The notes below the pieces were generated by a model, which saw nothing but the letters and a program-made list of their open reading frames with translations, made no database searches and was not told the origin of the DNA. Position numbers and translations under genes: made by a program. Of a stretch of DNA of 64,000 nucleotides, positions 8,017 to 18,159 are shown in pieces. Within the stretch, counting starts at the first letter, position 1; the number at the start of each line of letters is the position of its first letter. Source of the stretch: a virus; IMG/VR virus record IMGVR_UViG_3300022561_000009; one strand, written 5' to 3'.

Positions 8017-8859
8017 TCAAGGATTCCACTGGAATGTATTCTCTGCCCATTTCCCGAATGTCGAGACATTCACCTTGTTCGCAGTTAATTCTCCCGAGTT
8101 ATCTTTTACCCATTGCTGTATCTCATCACTTGTCGCCCTTGGCTTCAATTGTCCGTAATCATCCCTCGCTGTTCCTGATGCCCATTTATTGAGATAATCT
8201 TGAGCTTGACCCGTTGCGGCAGCTACTATATCAGATTGAGTTGGATTATCCCCTGCCGTTGCCTTTGCCGCATTTGTGTTTGCGTTCTGCTGATCAATGG
8301 TTCTATTCGCCGCTGAATTGTAATTATTAGATGCCAATGTTCTGTCAAATTGTGATGCTCCCTGAGTTAAACCGGCTGCATTCTGTGCATTTTTTATGTC
8401 CTGCGCTCGCTGAGCTAGGGTAGCATTTCCTCTATATTTCCCCATCATATTTCCTACGTTATATTCGTTTGTAAAGGCGTCTTGGGATACTCCTTGGTCG
8501 AAAGTATTCTGAGCTAGATTGTTAGCTACTGAATCCTGAGCTTGGCCAATCTCCATTGCTTGTCGTTCCATCGAGGGAGTTCCTCTGCTTGCATCTGCCC
8601 TTGGCGCCGCGTTTTGAGCTATTGCTGCCCTAATTTGAGAAGAAAGGTCTTGGGTGTAGTTTTTGAGAGCGAGAGAGGTTTTTTTTCGGTCTTGGCCCCA
8701 AACACGAGTCGATCCATTTAATTCAGCATCACTCACACCCGTTGCTGGTCCACCTAAGAATACATCTTGAGCAGTTAGTTGAGTTTTTCCAGGAGTGAAC
8801 AGCACTATGTTCTGGCCAGGATTTGCCGAAACGTCGGCTTGAAGTCCATAAATTGCCAT
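8017..8859 (-). CDS. virion protein with conserved ~70-aa N-terminal module, Q/N/A-rich body
   Basis: MAIYGLQADVSANPGQNIVLFTPGKTQLTAQDVFLGGPATGVSDAELNGSTRVWGQDRKKT. N-terminal ~190 aa paralogous to 8873..9817. RBS AAAGGAGG. Confidence 0.7.
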   Translation of the reverse strand: MAIYGLQADVSANPGQNIVLFTPGKTQLTAQDVFLGGPATGVSDAELNGSTRVWGQDRKKTSLALKNYTQDLSSQIRAAIAQNAAPRADASRGTPSMERQAMEIGQAQDSVANNLAQNTFDQGVSQDAFTNEYNVGNMMGKYRGNATLAQRAQDIKNAQNAAGLTQGASQFDRTLASNNYNSAANRTIDQQNANTNAAKATAGDNPTQSDIVAAATGQAQDYLNKWASGTARDDYGQLKPRATSDEIQQWVKDNSGELTANKVNVSTFGKWAENTFQWNP

Positions 8860-8872
8860 GAAGCAACCTCCT

Positions 8873-9817
8873 TTAGTATCCTATATATTTACCACCGTTT
8901 TTTAGGCTCTTAATGCCAGGGACATTTCCAAGGCTACCGTATCGAGAAACGGCATAATTGATAGCCGCGATTGCATTGTCTACAGGGTTCCAGATGTCCT
9001 TGTGACCGGCCATAGCGTACTTAGAAAATGTTGAGTCGATGGTCTGCATCAACCCCTTAGATGGATGTCCAGCCTTAGCATTTGAATCCCAATTATTGAT
9101 GGCGGCGGGATTACCTGAGCTTTCATGCTGTACAATTGTTGCTAAATATGGCAGTACACTAGCATCTTGTCCCGTTGCCTGTAATGCTTGTTGGAGCCAT
9201 GACGATACATTACCGCTTACTTTACCTGATGCCGTATCAGCATTTTGTTGAGCCACAGATCGGTCTGCTGATTTATTTGCATTATCAGATGCTAATGTTC
9301 TGCCATACTGAGACTCGCTCTGAGCCAGAGAAGCTTTTGCCTGAGCATTCTGTATGTCTTGTGAACGCTTGGATAATGTGCTCAATCCCCTGTAATTCCC
9401 CATCATGTTTCCGACATTGTACTCATTAGCGAAATTGTCCTGAGCAACATTGTGGTCAAAGGTATTTCTGGCTAGATTATTAGCCACCGAGTTTTGCGCT
9501 TGGCCAATTTCCATAGCTTGTCTAGCTAGAGATGGCGTTCCTCTGCTCGCATCTATCCTATACCCGCCATTAGTTGCTATTGCAGCTCTAATCTGAGAGG
9601 GTAAGCTCTGTGTGTAGTCAGTAAGGGCTTGAGCAGTTTTAGAACGGTCGCTTCCGAAGATACGAGTCGATCCATTTAGGTTGGCATCGGTTACGCCCGT
9701 AGAAGGCCCCCCTAGAAATATGTCTTGTGTGGTGAGCTTAGTTTGGCCGGGTACATAGAGATTAACGTTCCGTGTTGGATTTTGGGCTACGTCTGCCGCA
9801 AGCCCGTATATAGCCAA
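8873..9817 (-). CDS. virion-associated lytic transglycosylase (same N-terminal module plus C-terminal SLT domain)
   Basis: C-terminus IVQHESSGNPAAINNWDSNAKAGHPSKGLMQTIDSTF...AINY shows the ES/GLMQ/AxxY SLT signature. N-terminus paralogous to 8017..8859. TTG start. Confidence 0.8.
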   Translation of the reverse strand: MAIYGLAADVAQNPTRNVNLYVPGQTKLTTQDIFLGGPSTGVTDANLNGSTRIFGSDRSKTAQALTDYTQSLPSQIRAAIATNGGYRIDASRGTPSLARQAMEIGQAQNSVANNLARNTFDHNVAQDNFANEYNVGNMMGNYRGLSTLSKRSQDIQNAQAKASLAQSESQYGRTLASDNANKSADRSVAQQNADTASGKVSGNVSSWLQQALQATGQDASVLPYLATIVQHESSGNPAAINNWDSNAKAGHPSKGLMQTIDSTFSKYAMAGHKDIWNPVDNAIAAINYAVSRYGSLGNVPGIKSLKNGGKYIGY

Positions 9818-9840
9818 ATTACATCATCCTTTCTATCGGC

Positions 9841-9871
9841 ATAAGAAAAGACACTATACAAGTATAGTGTC
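9841..9871 (-). terminator. rho-independent terminator after the homing-endonuclease gene
   Basis: GACACTATAC/GTATAGTGTC 10-bp stem then UUUUCUUAUGCC on the minus strand. Confidence 0.75.
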
Positions 9872-9908
9872 GGCGAAAACATAATTAGTATGGTCCATTG
9901 TCCATACG

Positions 9909-11375
9909 CTAATCCTCACAATATGCCCACTCAAGCTTCTCTCCCGTTTCCGGATGAAATCCGCTATGGGATCTTTTACCCTTACAACATTTTGATACAT
10001 CCCATGCGCCATATTTTTTACTAGCATCATACTGAGAGCTGAAAACCTCTCCTGTTGTTAAGCAAATTGCCTTCCTTCTATTGATTGCTGGTGTTGCCCG
10101 CATTAACGTGTATACTTTTTTCATCTGGTCCCCAGGGCTGTAGTCACACCATCCAGACATAGCTCCTTGCTTTAAATATCTAATAACAGTTCCTCGAGAT
10201 ACACCTAGTTTCTCTGCTATCTTAGATGTATTTTCAGTTCCATCATTCCATAAGTCACATGTTTGCTTAACCATGCTTGAGCATGCAGACCCATGACATT
10301 TTAGCCAATTAATATCAGATTCCTTAAATCCTAAAAGTTTCGGTAAAACGCTTTTTAATATGCCATTTTTAATGAAATCGATATTAGAGTATCTGCAATC
10401 TAAGATTATATAATTGTTAATTCCATTCTTCCTAGCAACCTGTTCCTTGTGATTATCGTTATCGTGTATTTCGCTCAATGTCCCCCAGTTGCCCCCCCTG
10501 ACATCCTCGTAGTGCTGTGAACCATGAGTCTCGATGATGCAATTTGTGTTGTCTAAATAAAAGTCATATAAATAATTTTTGCACCAGCTGAACATAGTTT
10601 TTGATAACTGCGGTCTGAAGCTAACCCCAATCTGTTCTAACACGTTAAGAATAAATTTCTCTGGGTATGAGAAACCATCGGAGCATTTAGTACAACCAAA
10701 ACCCGATCTTGCCAATATATGAATATCCATACTCTTTTCATATCCACAATTGGGGCATTTTACAGGAATTTGTTTGTGTGATCCGATGGAACATCTTAAT
10801 GCATCCTCCTTGTTTACTAAGTATTTTATAAAATGAGGATGAGTTACCGATATTGTTTTACACAGATTACACTTAATACTCCCTGTTTGCCCGTTAGAGG
10901 TAAAATCATGAATCCTCTTTTGTTCCGGCATATGGTCTACGTGCTCTAGGCATTTGAACCAATAAGTCTTATATGAACCATGAGAAATGTCCTTAGGAGT
11001 TATCTTGTTTCCAAGGTTATCAACATTCATATCGTTATCCCAACGCAATATTATTTCGTCTGCCTCTTTGTCTGATAAGTTGTCGTGACACCAGTCGTAA
11101 AACGAGACCCATTTTATGAAACCTGCCCTAGAACATTTCTGGCAATAATGGCTCTCATCCTTCTTTGTACATTTTCTGTAATCCCTCCAACCTATTTTCA
11201 TTGTCTCCCTGCACCCGCTACATTCATACTCAACTAATAAACTGGATCCGGAGCTTAAGTCTCCTACTTTAACATCGAACCTATCTCCAAAATTTGTAAA
11301 AATGTATCCCTTTTCTTCATAATGCCTTTTTGTCCTAGCATTCCATTTCATGGTAACCTTTTCTGTAAGTAGCAC
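9909..11375 (-). CDS. free-standing homing-endonuclease-like protein (zinc-ribbon repeats, restriction-endonuclease-like core, C-terminal HTH)
   Basis: Many CxxC pairs. FYLDNTNCIIETHGSQHYE...HKEQVARKNGINNYIILD resembles Vsr/PD-(D/E)xK-type cores. TSKIAEKLGVSRGTVIRYLKQG is an HTH. Sits between two structural paralogues. Confidence 0.6.
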   Translation of the reverse strand: MLLTEKVTMKWNARTKRHYEEKGYIFTNFGDRFDVKVGDLSSGSSLLVEYECSGCRETMKIGWRDYRKCTKKDESHYCQKCSRAGFIKWVSFYDWCHDNLSDKEADEIILRWDNDMNVDNLGNKITPKDISHGSYKTYWFKCLEHVDHMPEQKRIHDFTSNGQTGSIKCNLCKTISVTHPHFIKYLVNKEDALRCSIGSHKQIPVKCPNCGYEKSMDIHILARSGFGCTKCSDGFSYPEKFILNVLEQIGVSFRPQLSKTMFSWCKNYLYDFYLDNTNCIIETHGSQHYEDVRGGNWGTLSEIHDNDNHKEQVARKNGINNYIILDCRYSNIDFIKNGILKSVLPKLLGFKESDINWLKCHGSACSSMVKQTCDLWNDGTENTSKIAEKLGVSRGTVIRYLKQGAMSGWCDYSPGDQMKKVYTLMRATPAINRRKAICLTTGEVFSSQYDASKKYGAWDVSKCCKGKRSHSGFHPETGEKLEWAYCED

Positions 11376-11402
11376 TTGACCATCTCCTTCTCATCTAGTA
11401 TA

Positions 11403-11411
11403 ATTGTATCA
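11403..11411 (-). promoter_or_regulatory. extended -10 promoter (TGATACAAT) of the endonuclease gene
   Basis: Reverse complement TGATACAAT about 30 nt upstream of GTG 11375. Confidence 0.5.
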
Positions 11412-11460
11412 TATTACTAGCAATACTGCAATATATTAATACAAGAAAGAAGGAATAATT

Positions 11461-11589
11461 ATGAAGGCTGTCACAGTACGTTTGCCAGAAGAACTGATTA
11501 AGGAAATTAAGATAATTTGCATCAACAAGGAGATGGAGTTTCAAGTTGCAGTTAGGGAGAGCCTAGAACTCTGGAAGAAGACCAAATAA
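11461..11589 (+). CDS. small ribbon-helix-helix protein, 42 aa, divergent from the endonuclease
   Basis: Manual ORF MKAVTVRLPEELIKEIKIICINKEMEFQVAVRESLELWKKTK. RBS GAAGGA. Confidence 0.55.
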   Translation: MKAVTVRLPEELIKEIKIICINKEMEFQVAVRESLELWKKTK

Positions 11590-11608
11590 GAGAGCCGAAG
11601 CCCCCTTA

Positions 11609-12772
11609 TTAAGGTACATAATAAACAGGACTACCAGTAGAGGAAGTAAAATTGTAGCCATTGGCTGTCTTAACTACATTCGTTGCACCAGGGTATTGAT
11701 AAGCGAGCGAAGAAGGTAACGCGGCTGGTGATGCTGAGTTTCGCTGTTCTAAATATTTAGTATATTCTTTGGCAGTGTCTTGTCTGTTATTACCCCATAC
11801 TCTCTGTGCACCGTTAAGTTTGTCATTGCTTAATACTGCTGTGCCTCCGAGGAATACATCACCTGCACCCATTTGAGTCTGTCCTGGCACATATAGCCGT
11901 ATGTTCTTCCCTGGATTTGCGTTAACGTCAGCCTGAAAACCATACGTATCGTTTGATGTAGTAGGAGTTTGCGCAACGCCATTATTGTAATCAGTCCCAT
12001 GCCAGTAATTGTCGAATTGACTTTGGTTAAATGCATTATTAGCTGCATCTTGTGCTTTCTGTTGGTCGAATGATTGTTGCCATTGCGTATTTTGATTATC
12101 TGTAGACTGTTGTTGCCTAACCGCTGCATTGTAGTCAATCGCGCTTTGAGCCTGAGCTGTAGCTATCTTGTCAGCAAAACCCGCGTCAAGTGCTTGTTCT
12201 TGAAGATTGTTTGCGTTGATATTACTCGCTGTTCCTACATCATTAGTAAGCTGTTGTGATGCTGATTCACCTGATTGCAGTAATCCCATTTGAGATAACG
12301 CATTTCTAATGTGGTCAGCGTTTACCATCCCCTGTGAGGACGCTTGGTTATTTGCTACAGTAGTTTGTCCCGGTATAGCCGCCCTTTGTGTGGCATATGT
12401 TCCTATTTGAGCTGCAAGCTGATTATCATATGCCGCCTTCGTGGTAGCTGCCGCTGCTGACTGAGCTGCCTTTATTGCATCAGCTTGGGTTGAAGTCGTA
12501 TCGGTCACGATTGCAGGAGTAGGTGTAACCGTTGTGCTAGGGACGGAAGACGCATTATTAATATTATTAGCTTGATAAGCATTGTAGGCAGATTGAGTAC
12601 CAAGCCTAGTATCTCCCGCTACACGAGTGGCTGGACCAATCATTGCGTCCGTTACGCCTGTTCCTGCGCCTCCCAGAAAGACATCTCCTGCATTCATCTT
12701 TGTTTGTCCTGGTATATACAACTGAGAACCCTTATTTAGCTCCTGGTCTGCTTGTAATCCATATACTGCCAT
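11609..12772 (-). CDS. virion protein carrying the conserved ~70-aa module at both N- and C-terminus
   Basis: MAVYGLQADQELNKGSQLYIPGQTKMNAGDVFLGG... at the N-terminus and TYGFQADVNANPGKNIRLYVPGQTQMGAGDVFLGG...RVWGNNRQDT near the C-terminus. Start set to ATG 12772 by paralogue alignment and RBS GAAAGGA. Confidence 0.7.
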   Translation of the reverse strand: MAVYGLQADQELNKGSQLYIPGQTKMNAGDVFLGGAGTGVTDAMIGPATRVAGDTRLGTQSAYNAYQANNINNASSVPSTTVTPTPAIVTDTTSTQADAIKAAQSAAAATTKAAYDNQLAAQIGTYATQRAAIPGQTTVANNQASSQGMVNADHIRNALSQMGLLQSGESASQQLTNDVGTASNINANNLQEQALDAGFADKIATAQAQSAIDYNAAVRQQQSTDNQNTQWQQSFDQQKAQDAANNAFNQSQFDNYWHGTDYNNGVAQTPTTSNDTYGFQADVNANPGKNIRLYVPGQTQMGAGDVFLGGTAVLSNDKLNGAQRVWGNNRQDTAKEYTKYLEQRNSASPAALPSSLAYQYPGATNVVKTANGYNFTSSTGSPVYYVP

Positions 12773-12793
12773 ATTTATCATCCTTTCTACGGC

Positions 12794-12824
12794 ATAAGAA
12801 AAGACATCGTATAAATACGATGTC
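12794..12824 (-). terminator. rho-independent terminator after the HNH gene
   Basis: GACATCGTAT/ATACGATGTC stem then UUUUCUUAUGCC. Covaries with the terminator at 9841-9871. Confidence 0.75.
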
Positions 12825-12832
12825 AGATTTGG

Positions 12833-13540
12833 TTACATTAAGGATAGCTGTTGATTTCCATTGTTGGCGTACCCTAGGTATTTATAAATATTAGTTTCTC
12901 GTTTCTTATTATAGAAACTCTGTCTTAAAAACCATTCTGTGAAATCGTTGTTATTTCTTGAACAGTTACAAGATAAGCAGATAGGCAATACATTGTTTAT
13001 GGTCAGTTCTCCTTGTTTGCTTAAAGGTATGAAATGTTCTATCGTTAATTTTTTAGTTTCACCGCAATAGGCACACTGCCCATTAAAATCTTGTTGTATT
13101 CTTCCCCATTGTTTAGCTGTTAGGGTATGAGGTAGATCACGTACTCTAGCCCTGCGCATTTGGCGGCTTACACGTACTTTATCTTTATTTTTTAGTAACC
13201 ATATCCTATCGGTTATTTTATTGGCCCCTTTGTTTTCTTCCCTATGTCTTAAAATTTGTTCTCTATGACTTATCTGATATTCCTTAGACCTTCTGGAGAT
13301 TTTTTCTCTGTTTTTTTGTGTATATATCTTTAGTTTTTCTGCTATAGTTTCCTTATTGGACTCTCTCCATATCTTTACAGTAGCCTGATTTTTAACCTTG
13401 TTTTTCTGCTTGCTTATTTTTGCTCTTATTGAAAAACACTTTTTACATTCCCTCCTAAATCCGTCCTTTCTACTCCTGTCCTTCTGGAAGTTTTCGCTAG
13501 TCAAAGGGTATAAATTACCGCATATTGAACAGTTTTTCAT
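12833..13540 (-). CDS. HNH homing endonuclease (zinc-finger N-terminus, basic repeat region, C-terminal HNH)
   Basis: LTAKQWGRIQQDFNGQCAYCGETKKLTIEHFIPLSKQGELTINNVLPICLSCNCSRNN. Paralogous to 27411..28373 and 43963..44601. Start at MKNCSICG. Confidence 0.85.
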   Translation of the reverse strand: MKNCSICGNLYPLTSENFQKDRSRKDGFRRECKKCFSIRAKISKQKNKVKNQATVKIWRESNKETIAEKLKIYTQKNREKISRRSKEYQISHREQILRHREENKGANKITDRIWLLKNKDKVRVSRQMRRARVRDLPHTLTAKQWGRIQQDFNGQCAYCGETKKLTIEHFIPLSKQGELTINNVLPICLSCNCSRNNNDFTEWFLRQSFYNKKRETNIYKYLGYANNGNQQLSLM

Positions 13541-13637
13541 AAGAAAAAAATACCTCCCTCGTATTTGTCCCATTTACAAGGTGGGAAGCAAGTTGGGAAA
13601 CTCGCTTGTCGTGTTGCAACACTATCCCACTCCCTAT

Positions 13638-13646
13638 ATTGTACCA
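13638..13646 (-). promoter_or_regulatory. extended -10 promoter (TGGTACAAT) of the HNH gene
   Basis: Reverse complement TGGTACAAT upstream of the HNH start. Confidence 0.5.
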
Positions 13647-13701
13647 TAATTTAGGGTTATTATCTACTAAGTAAAGTCATTGTCTCAACTCCTTTTTCAG
13701 A

Positions 13702-13731
13702 TATAAGAAAAGAGAGGTTTTATCCTCTCTC
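13702..13731 (-). terminator. rho-independent terminator after the receptor-binding protein gene
   Basis: AGAGAGG/CCTCTCT stem then UUUUCUUAUAU on the minus strand. Confidence 0.65.
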
Positions 13732-13771
13732 GTTTGAATTGTATTATTGCGCATCATGCGTCAAATACGAA

Positions 13772-16159
13772 CTAAACCCCCATCGTAGCCAATAAACCAT
13801 CTAAGGTAATATCAGCCGTTGCAACCGATAACTTAAAAGTCGCTTTTCCAGGGTTATTATTATTTGCTGCATAATAAAGATATAACTTACCATTTGCTTC
13901 AATTAAACAAGGATCTGCCATTTGGTCTACCTCGTAAACATCAGACCAATTAAGCAATGGATTTGCAGGGGCCTTTCCCCAATTCAATCCGTCATTCGAG
14001 AATAGCAGAATAGGAACACTTGGCAATGAGCCTGTCATACTTTCGTGTGCAATCATATAATGTTTTCCACCATGTAGAAATGGCTGTGGTCCACCAAGCC
14101 CGATTTGTTTTTCGTAGGGTGCTATTCTTGGCCATACTGTATCTATCGTCCATGTAACTAGATCGGGACTTGTTATCCTACCTAAATTCCACGTAGCAGA
14201 ACCACCCTTAGACTCTACCCACATTACCCATTGCGACCCATCAAAATACACACCAAGATTACCCAATGCTCCAGCATCAACAGCCCAACCAGCAGAATTT
14301 AATTGTGTTATTGTGAATATATCGCCTTGCTTTGTCCAGTTAATACCATCCGAACTGGTTGCATAGGAAATAGTATTTGCACTATTTGAAGCATAAACCA
14401 TGTAATATGTCGTTCCATTTTTAAATACATAGGATAGTCTAGCGTATCCTGATTCACCACCTACACCATTTCCGAAAACTTTCGTAGCAGTGCCAAAATT
14501 AATACCGTCTGTACTTGTAGCGTAATAAATGCTTGGCAACGCATCTTTCGTACACCATAACTTAAATACACCATTTTCATAGATACATGTAGGTTCCTGC
14601 GCACCGTCTAATATACCTATATTTTTCTTTGTAAATAAGTCGGATACTGTCAGGTTTACTTTTGGGTTCCCTGCAACTTGCAAACTCTTTCCACCCAAAG
14701 GTAGTACGAAAACAGTAGATTTGCGGCTATCACCTACATACAAACAACCATCATAAAAACTTATTCCACCCTCACATTGCACGGGCAATACTATAGTTTC
14801 TACCACTACGCCTGTCTTTGTGTGGATGCGATAAACAGTGCTGCCCTTATCACTGACAAAAATACTATACCCATCGGTACACATACCTGACGCATTAATT
14901 AACCCTGTAGGATAAGCGAAACTATAATTTACTGCACCTGTAGAATAGTTGAGATTATAAATGAGCCGGGTTGAATCACATGCGACAAACATGGTTGTTA
15001 AAATTACCGCACTGGCCCAGGGGTAAGTAAATATGCACATAGCATTGACCACAGCAGGGGCAGTCAGTGTCAAGCCTGAACTCCATGCGCCACTATTGCT
15101 AAATTGATAGATAAAACCATCACCTTTTGCCATCAGGAACCGACCGTTCATAACATCCGAATAAGCTATTGCTGTAATGTAAAAACCAGCAGTAGCATGT
15201 ATATAATTTTTGTTGTACTGCTGTTTTTCATAGACGGCTATCATGTCATCATACATGCTATTCATTCGAGCAATCAAAAATCCACCTGGCCCGAGTATTA
15301 TCCTTCTGTCTATGGGTCTTAGCCAATAGGACATATCATAGGATTTTATCGGTAATTTACCCGTATTACTAATTGTTAAGTTCGCAGTTTGCGCCTTATC
15401 CGACAGACGGTCCTGCTCAATTTCCTCAAATCTACCACCAAGGTCGGTAAAAGTTTTAGCCTTAACCGCAGAAATGTGAGCACTACCAACTTCGGCATTT
15501 GCATTAACTCCGATAAATGCCTTTAGTTCAGTTTCGGCTTGTGCGAGTGCTTGCTGAACTGTTGTTCCTGTCAACTTGGTCATTCCGGTATTATCAAAGG
15601 GTATTTTGGTAGCAGTATGATCTAGGCTTAGCTTATGAGTAGTCAATGCTAGTGATTGAGCCGTATCAACTCCATTTAGAATATTGATTGCTGTATCAAT
15701 CTCAGTTTTTAAATAATATATTCCGCTATGATCTCCACTTGATTTATGAGCATTTAGTGCATTACTTTGAGCCGTGTTGTATCCATCAGCCAAAGTCTTT
15801 AGTGCGGTTAGAAGTACTTGTACGTCATTGCCTGTCAACCCTGCTATAGTTTCTACCCCGATAAACTTTGCACCGCTTAAACTAGCCGTGACAGCCTGTA
15901 GTCGTGTTACTATCGCTTCTACTACGGTCTGTACATTAGCCTGTGTGCCAATAGCAGGAATTGGAGTCATAGCTGTATTATTTGCTCCGCTTACTCCTGC
16001 TCCTGTAGCGTTGAGAAGATTAACGACTGCGTTTAAGGCTAATCGCAATTCTTCGCTTGGTGCTTGCATATTTGTTTTAGTTACAGAAGGTATCCAGTTT
16101 GGATAATCTGGTTGTGCTGTATGGTCAAATGTGAAAGTGTCTTTTGTTACAAATGGCAT
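13772..16159 (-). CDS. tail fiber / receptor-binding protein with beta-propeller glycosidase-like C-terminal domains
   Basis: N-terminal fiber repeats (QSNALNAHKSSGDHSG / QSLALTTHKLSLDHTA). Repeated SxDGxNW/F blades (STDGINF, SSDGINW, SNDGLNW) as in BNR / GH32-43-type propellers. Confidence 0.65.
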   Translation of the reverse strand: MPFVTKDTFTFDHTAQPDYPNWIPSVTKTNMQAPSEELRLALNAVVNLLNATGAGVSGANNTAMTPIPAIGTQANVQTVVEAIVTRLQAVTASLSGAKFIGVETIAGLTGNDVQVLLTALKTLADGYNTAQSNALNAHKSSGDHSGIYYLKTEIDTAINILNGVDTAQSLALTTHKLSLDHTATKIPFDNTGMTKLTGTTVQQALAQAETELKAFIGVNANAEVGSAHISAVKAKTFTDLGGRFEEIEQDRLSDKAQTANLTISNTGKLPIKSYDMSYWLRPIDRRIILGPGGFLIARMNSMYDDMIAVYEKQQYNKNYIHATAGFYITAIAYSDVMNGRFLMAKGDGFIYQFSNSGAWSSGLTLTAPAVVNAMCIFTYPWASAVILTTMFVACDSTRLIYNLNYSTGAVNYSFAYPTGLINASGMCTDGYSIFVSDKGSTVYRIHTKTGVVVETIVLPVQCEGGISFYDGCLYVGDSRKSTVFVLPLGGKSLQVAGNPKVNLTVSDLFTKKNIGILDGAQEPTCIYENGVFKLWCTKDALPSIYYATSTDGINFGTATKVFGNGVGGESGYARLSYVFKNGTTYYMVYASNSANTISYATSSDGINWTKQGDIFTITQLNSAGWAVDAGALGNLGVYFDGSQWVMWVESKGGSATWNLGRITSPDLVTWTIDTVWPRIAPYEKQIGLGGPQPFLHGGKHYMIAHESMTGSLPSVPILLFSNDGLNWGKAPANPLLNWSDVYEVDQMADPCLIEANGKLYLYYAANNNNPGKATFKLSVATADITLDGLLATMGV

Positions 16160-17973
16160 TATCTCATCTCCGTTCCTGCGTCGAATTCCACGCGCAAAGA
16201 AATTACGCTCATGCCTTCGTCTAAAATGCTATTGCCGAATCTGAATTGAAAGTAGTTGGCTCGTTTAGCCATACGTTTACGCTTTACTACTGGATAAAAT
16301 GAAGTGTTATAAGTGAAGTTTTTATAGCTGAATTCGGCATAACTGAATGCGCTCGTTTGCATATTCAAGGCGACTGTCATGTTACTTCGACGTGAACGGA
16401 AGGACAGCTCCACCGAACCAGATCTCATAGGCTTTGCCACCAGATTAACGCGATTAACAACCTTGACCATTGTTGGCGTACCGGCATTTTCTTCCCTAGT
16501 GTCATACCATGCGTCAATTGCCGTAACATCATCGTTCAATAGTAACGGATCGAACTGATAAACAATTCCCTCGGCATTACTACCAAAGCAAAGTGTTTCG
16601 TTTATTACAGCAAAACAACTAGCTGGAATATTTGTGTCGTACAACCATGCGTTAGTCTTGAAATCCCAAACATAGCAGACATCGTTGACGCAAAGGCCGT
16701 AGTAACCATTGAAGTTGTACGAAACGGCGTTTACAAGATTAGTTTCATAAAGCAAGCCTAATCCTATATCCTCTGCGCTTCTGTTGATTAAATCGCTCAA
16801 GTCATTTACACTAAGGAAATTATTAACGGTAGTATCTGAAGTGGCTTGCATTATGCCACGTTCCTTAGACGCAAATACGACTGAGTTATTAACTTCCTGA
16901 ACTGACCCTGGGATATTACTTCCCTTTGCGCTATTAATATCCGCGTAGGGGAACACGGGATAAGATCCCGGACCGTCAATATAACTTAACGCTCCATGTC
17001 CCTTGCTATGGATTACAAGAAGATAATCATACAAGTGACTTAATCCGACGACATTACCAGGGACCTTCTGCCAAGCATCATCAGGCCAGTAATCAGGACT
17101 GAAATTTTCTCCATACAAACGGCTATGCCATACTTGGTCAGGAAAGTTTGGATTACCAGTAAAGAATACGGTAGCGCTTGTCTTGCCACCATATACCTCA
17201 GCAATCGTGCAATTCTTGATATACTCAGGATGGGCTAGGGAAGCCTTATAACAAGTTATAATCACATTGTCAGGGTTTCCTTTTATTGGAGCGATTAAAA
17301 ACGTCACTACCCCGGTTACTCGATTGACAGTGAAATCAGTTGTTTCTAATTTAGTTACGCCATCGACCACAGCTACCATTGTTGCTGAGTCAAGGTTGGT
17401 GTACGGAATAGTGTAGGCGGCCGTACCATCAGCGGTAAACGAAATCTTAAATCCAGAACTAATCAGGTTGAAGTTCTCGTAAACTTCCCCTGCATTTGGC
17501 GCACCCAAAGGACTCCTACCAACCAAAACAGTTGGTGCATAACCAACTACATCAACGCAAGTAACCCCATTGTACGAGAGATAATTAGCCCCGTTGAGCA
17601 TATACGAAATATCAGCAAGGGTAAAAAAAGTAGCCTTACTATTTGTAAGACCACTTTTTATCTCTGCCGGTTGTAGATTATTATCTTGGGTATAAAGCTT
17701 GGTACCATGTGCAATAAGGCGATAATCTGTTCCATCCGACTTATGATAGGTCCCTAAGCCCATAATTTTACCAACACCAAGTGAGGTATCGTAGAGCTTT
17801 CTGTAGCCTGGACGTTGAGTTATGGTTCTATCCCTTACCCTAACATTCTGCATTTGTGGGGAAAAGTTAGGACCAATAAGGGATGGAGAATCTTTCAAAT
17901 TCAAGCCGCCACTAAAATCTGAATAAGTCAACTCGCGTGAAGTATTTTGAAATGAAGGCATTTTTAACTGCAA
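16159..17973 (-). CDS. tail structural protein (nozzle/tubular-protein candidate)
   Basis: 604 aa, between two fiber genes in a podovirus-like gene order. No motif recognised; call by position only. Confidence 0.35.
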   Translation of the reverse strand: MQLKMPSFQNTSRELTYSDFSGGLNLKDSPSLIGPNFSPQMQNVRVRDRTITQRPGYRKLYDTSLGVGKIMGLGTYHKSDGTDYRLIAHGTKLYTQDNNLQPAEIKSGLTNSKATFFTLADISYMLNGANYLSYNGVTCVDVVGYAPTVLVGRSPLGAPNAGEVYENFNLISSGFKISFTADGTAAYTIPYTNLDSATMVAVVDGVTKLETTDFTVNRVTGVVTFLIAPIKGNPDNVIITCYKASLAHPEYIKNCTIAEVYGGKTSATVFFTGNPNFPDQVWHSRLYGENFSPDYWPDDAWQKVPGNVVGLSHLYDYLLVIHSKGHGALSYIDGPGSYPVFPYADINSAKGSNIPGSVQEVNNSVVFASKERGIMQATSDTTVNNFLSVNDLSDLINRSAEDIGLGLLYETNLVNAVSYNFNGYYGLCVNDVCYVWDFKTNAWLYDTNIPASCFAVINETLCFGSNAEGIVYQFDPLLLNDDVTAIDAWYDTREENAGTPTMVKVVNRVNLVAKPMRSGSVELSFRSRRSNMTVALNMQTSAFSYAEFSYKNFTYNTSFYPVVKRKRMAKRANYFQFRFGNSILDEGMSVISLRVEFDAGTEMR

Positions 17974-18159
17974 TTTATTCGCATCTCCTTTCTTTTATTT
18001 AAGATGTTAACTATTCGCTGATATCTTTCTCGCCGTCTGCGTTAAGTCTGGAAATTTCCGCATTAAGTAATTCTATTTGAGATTCCTTAATGGCAATTGC
18101 CTTAGCCATTTCTTTGATTTGATTACCTAATTTATCAATGACCGAATTCGCGTCTACGT

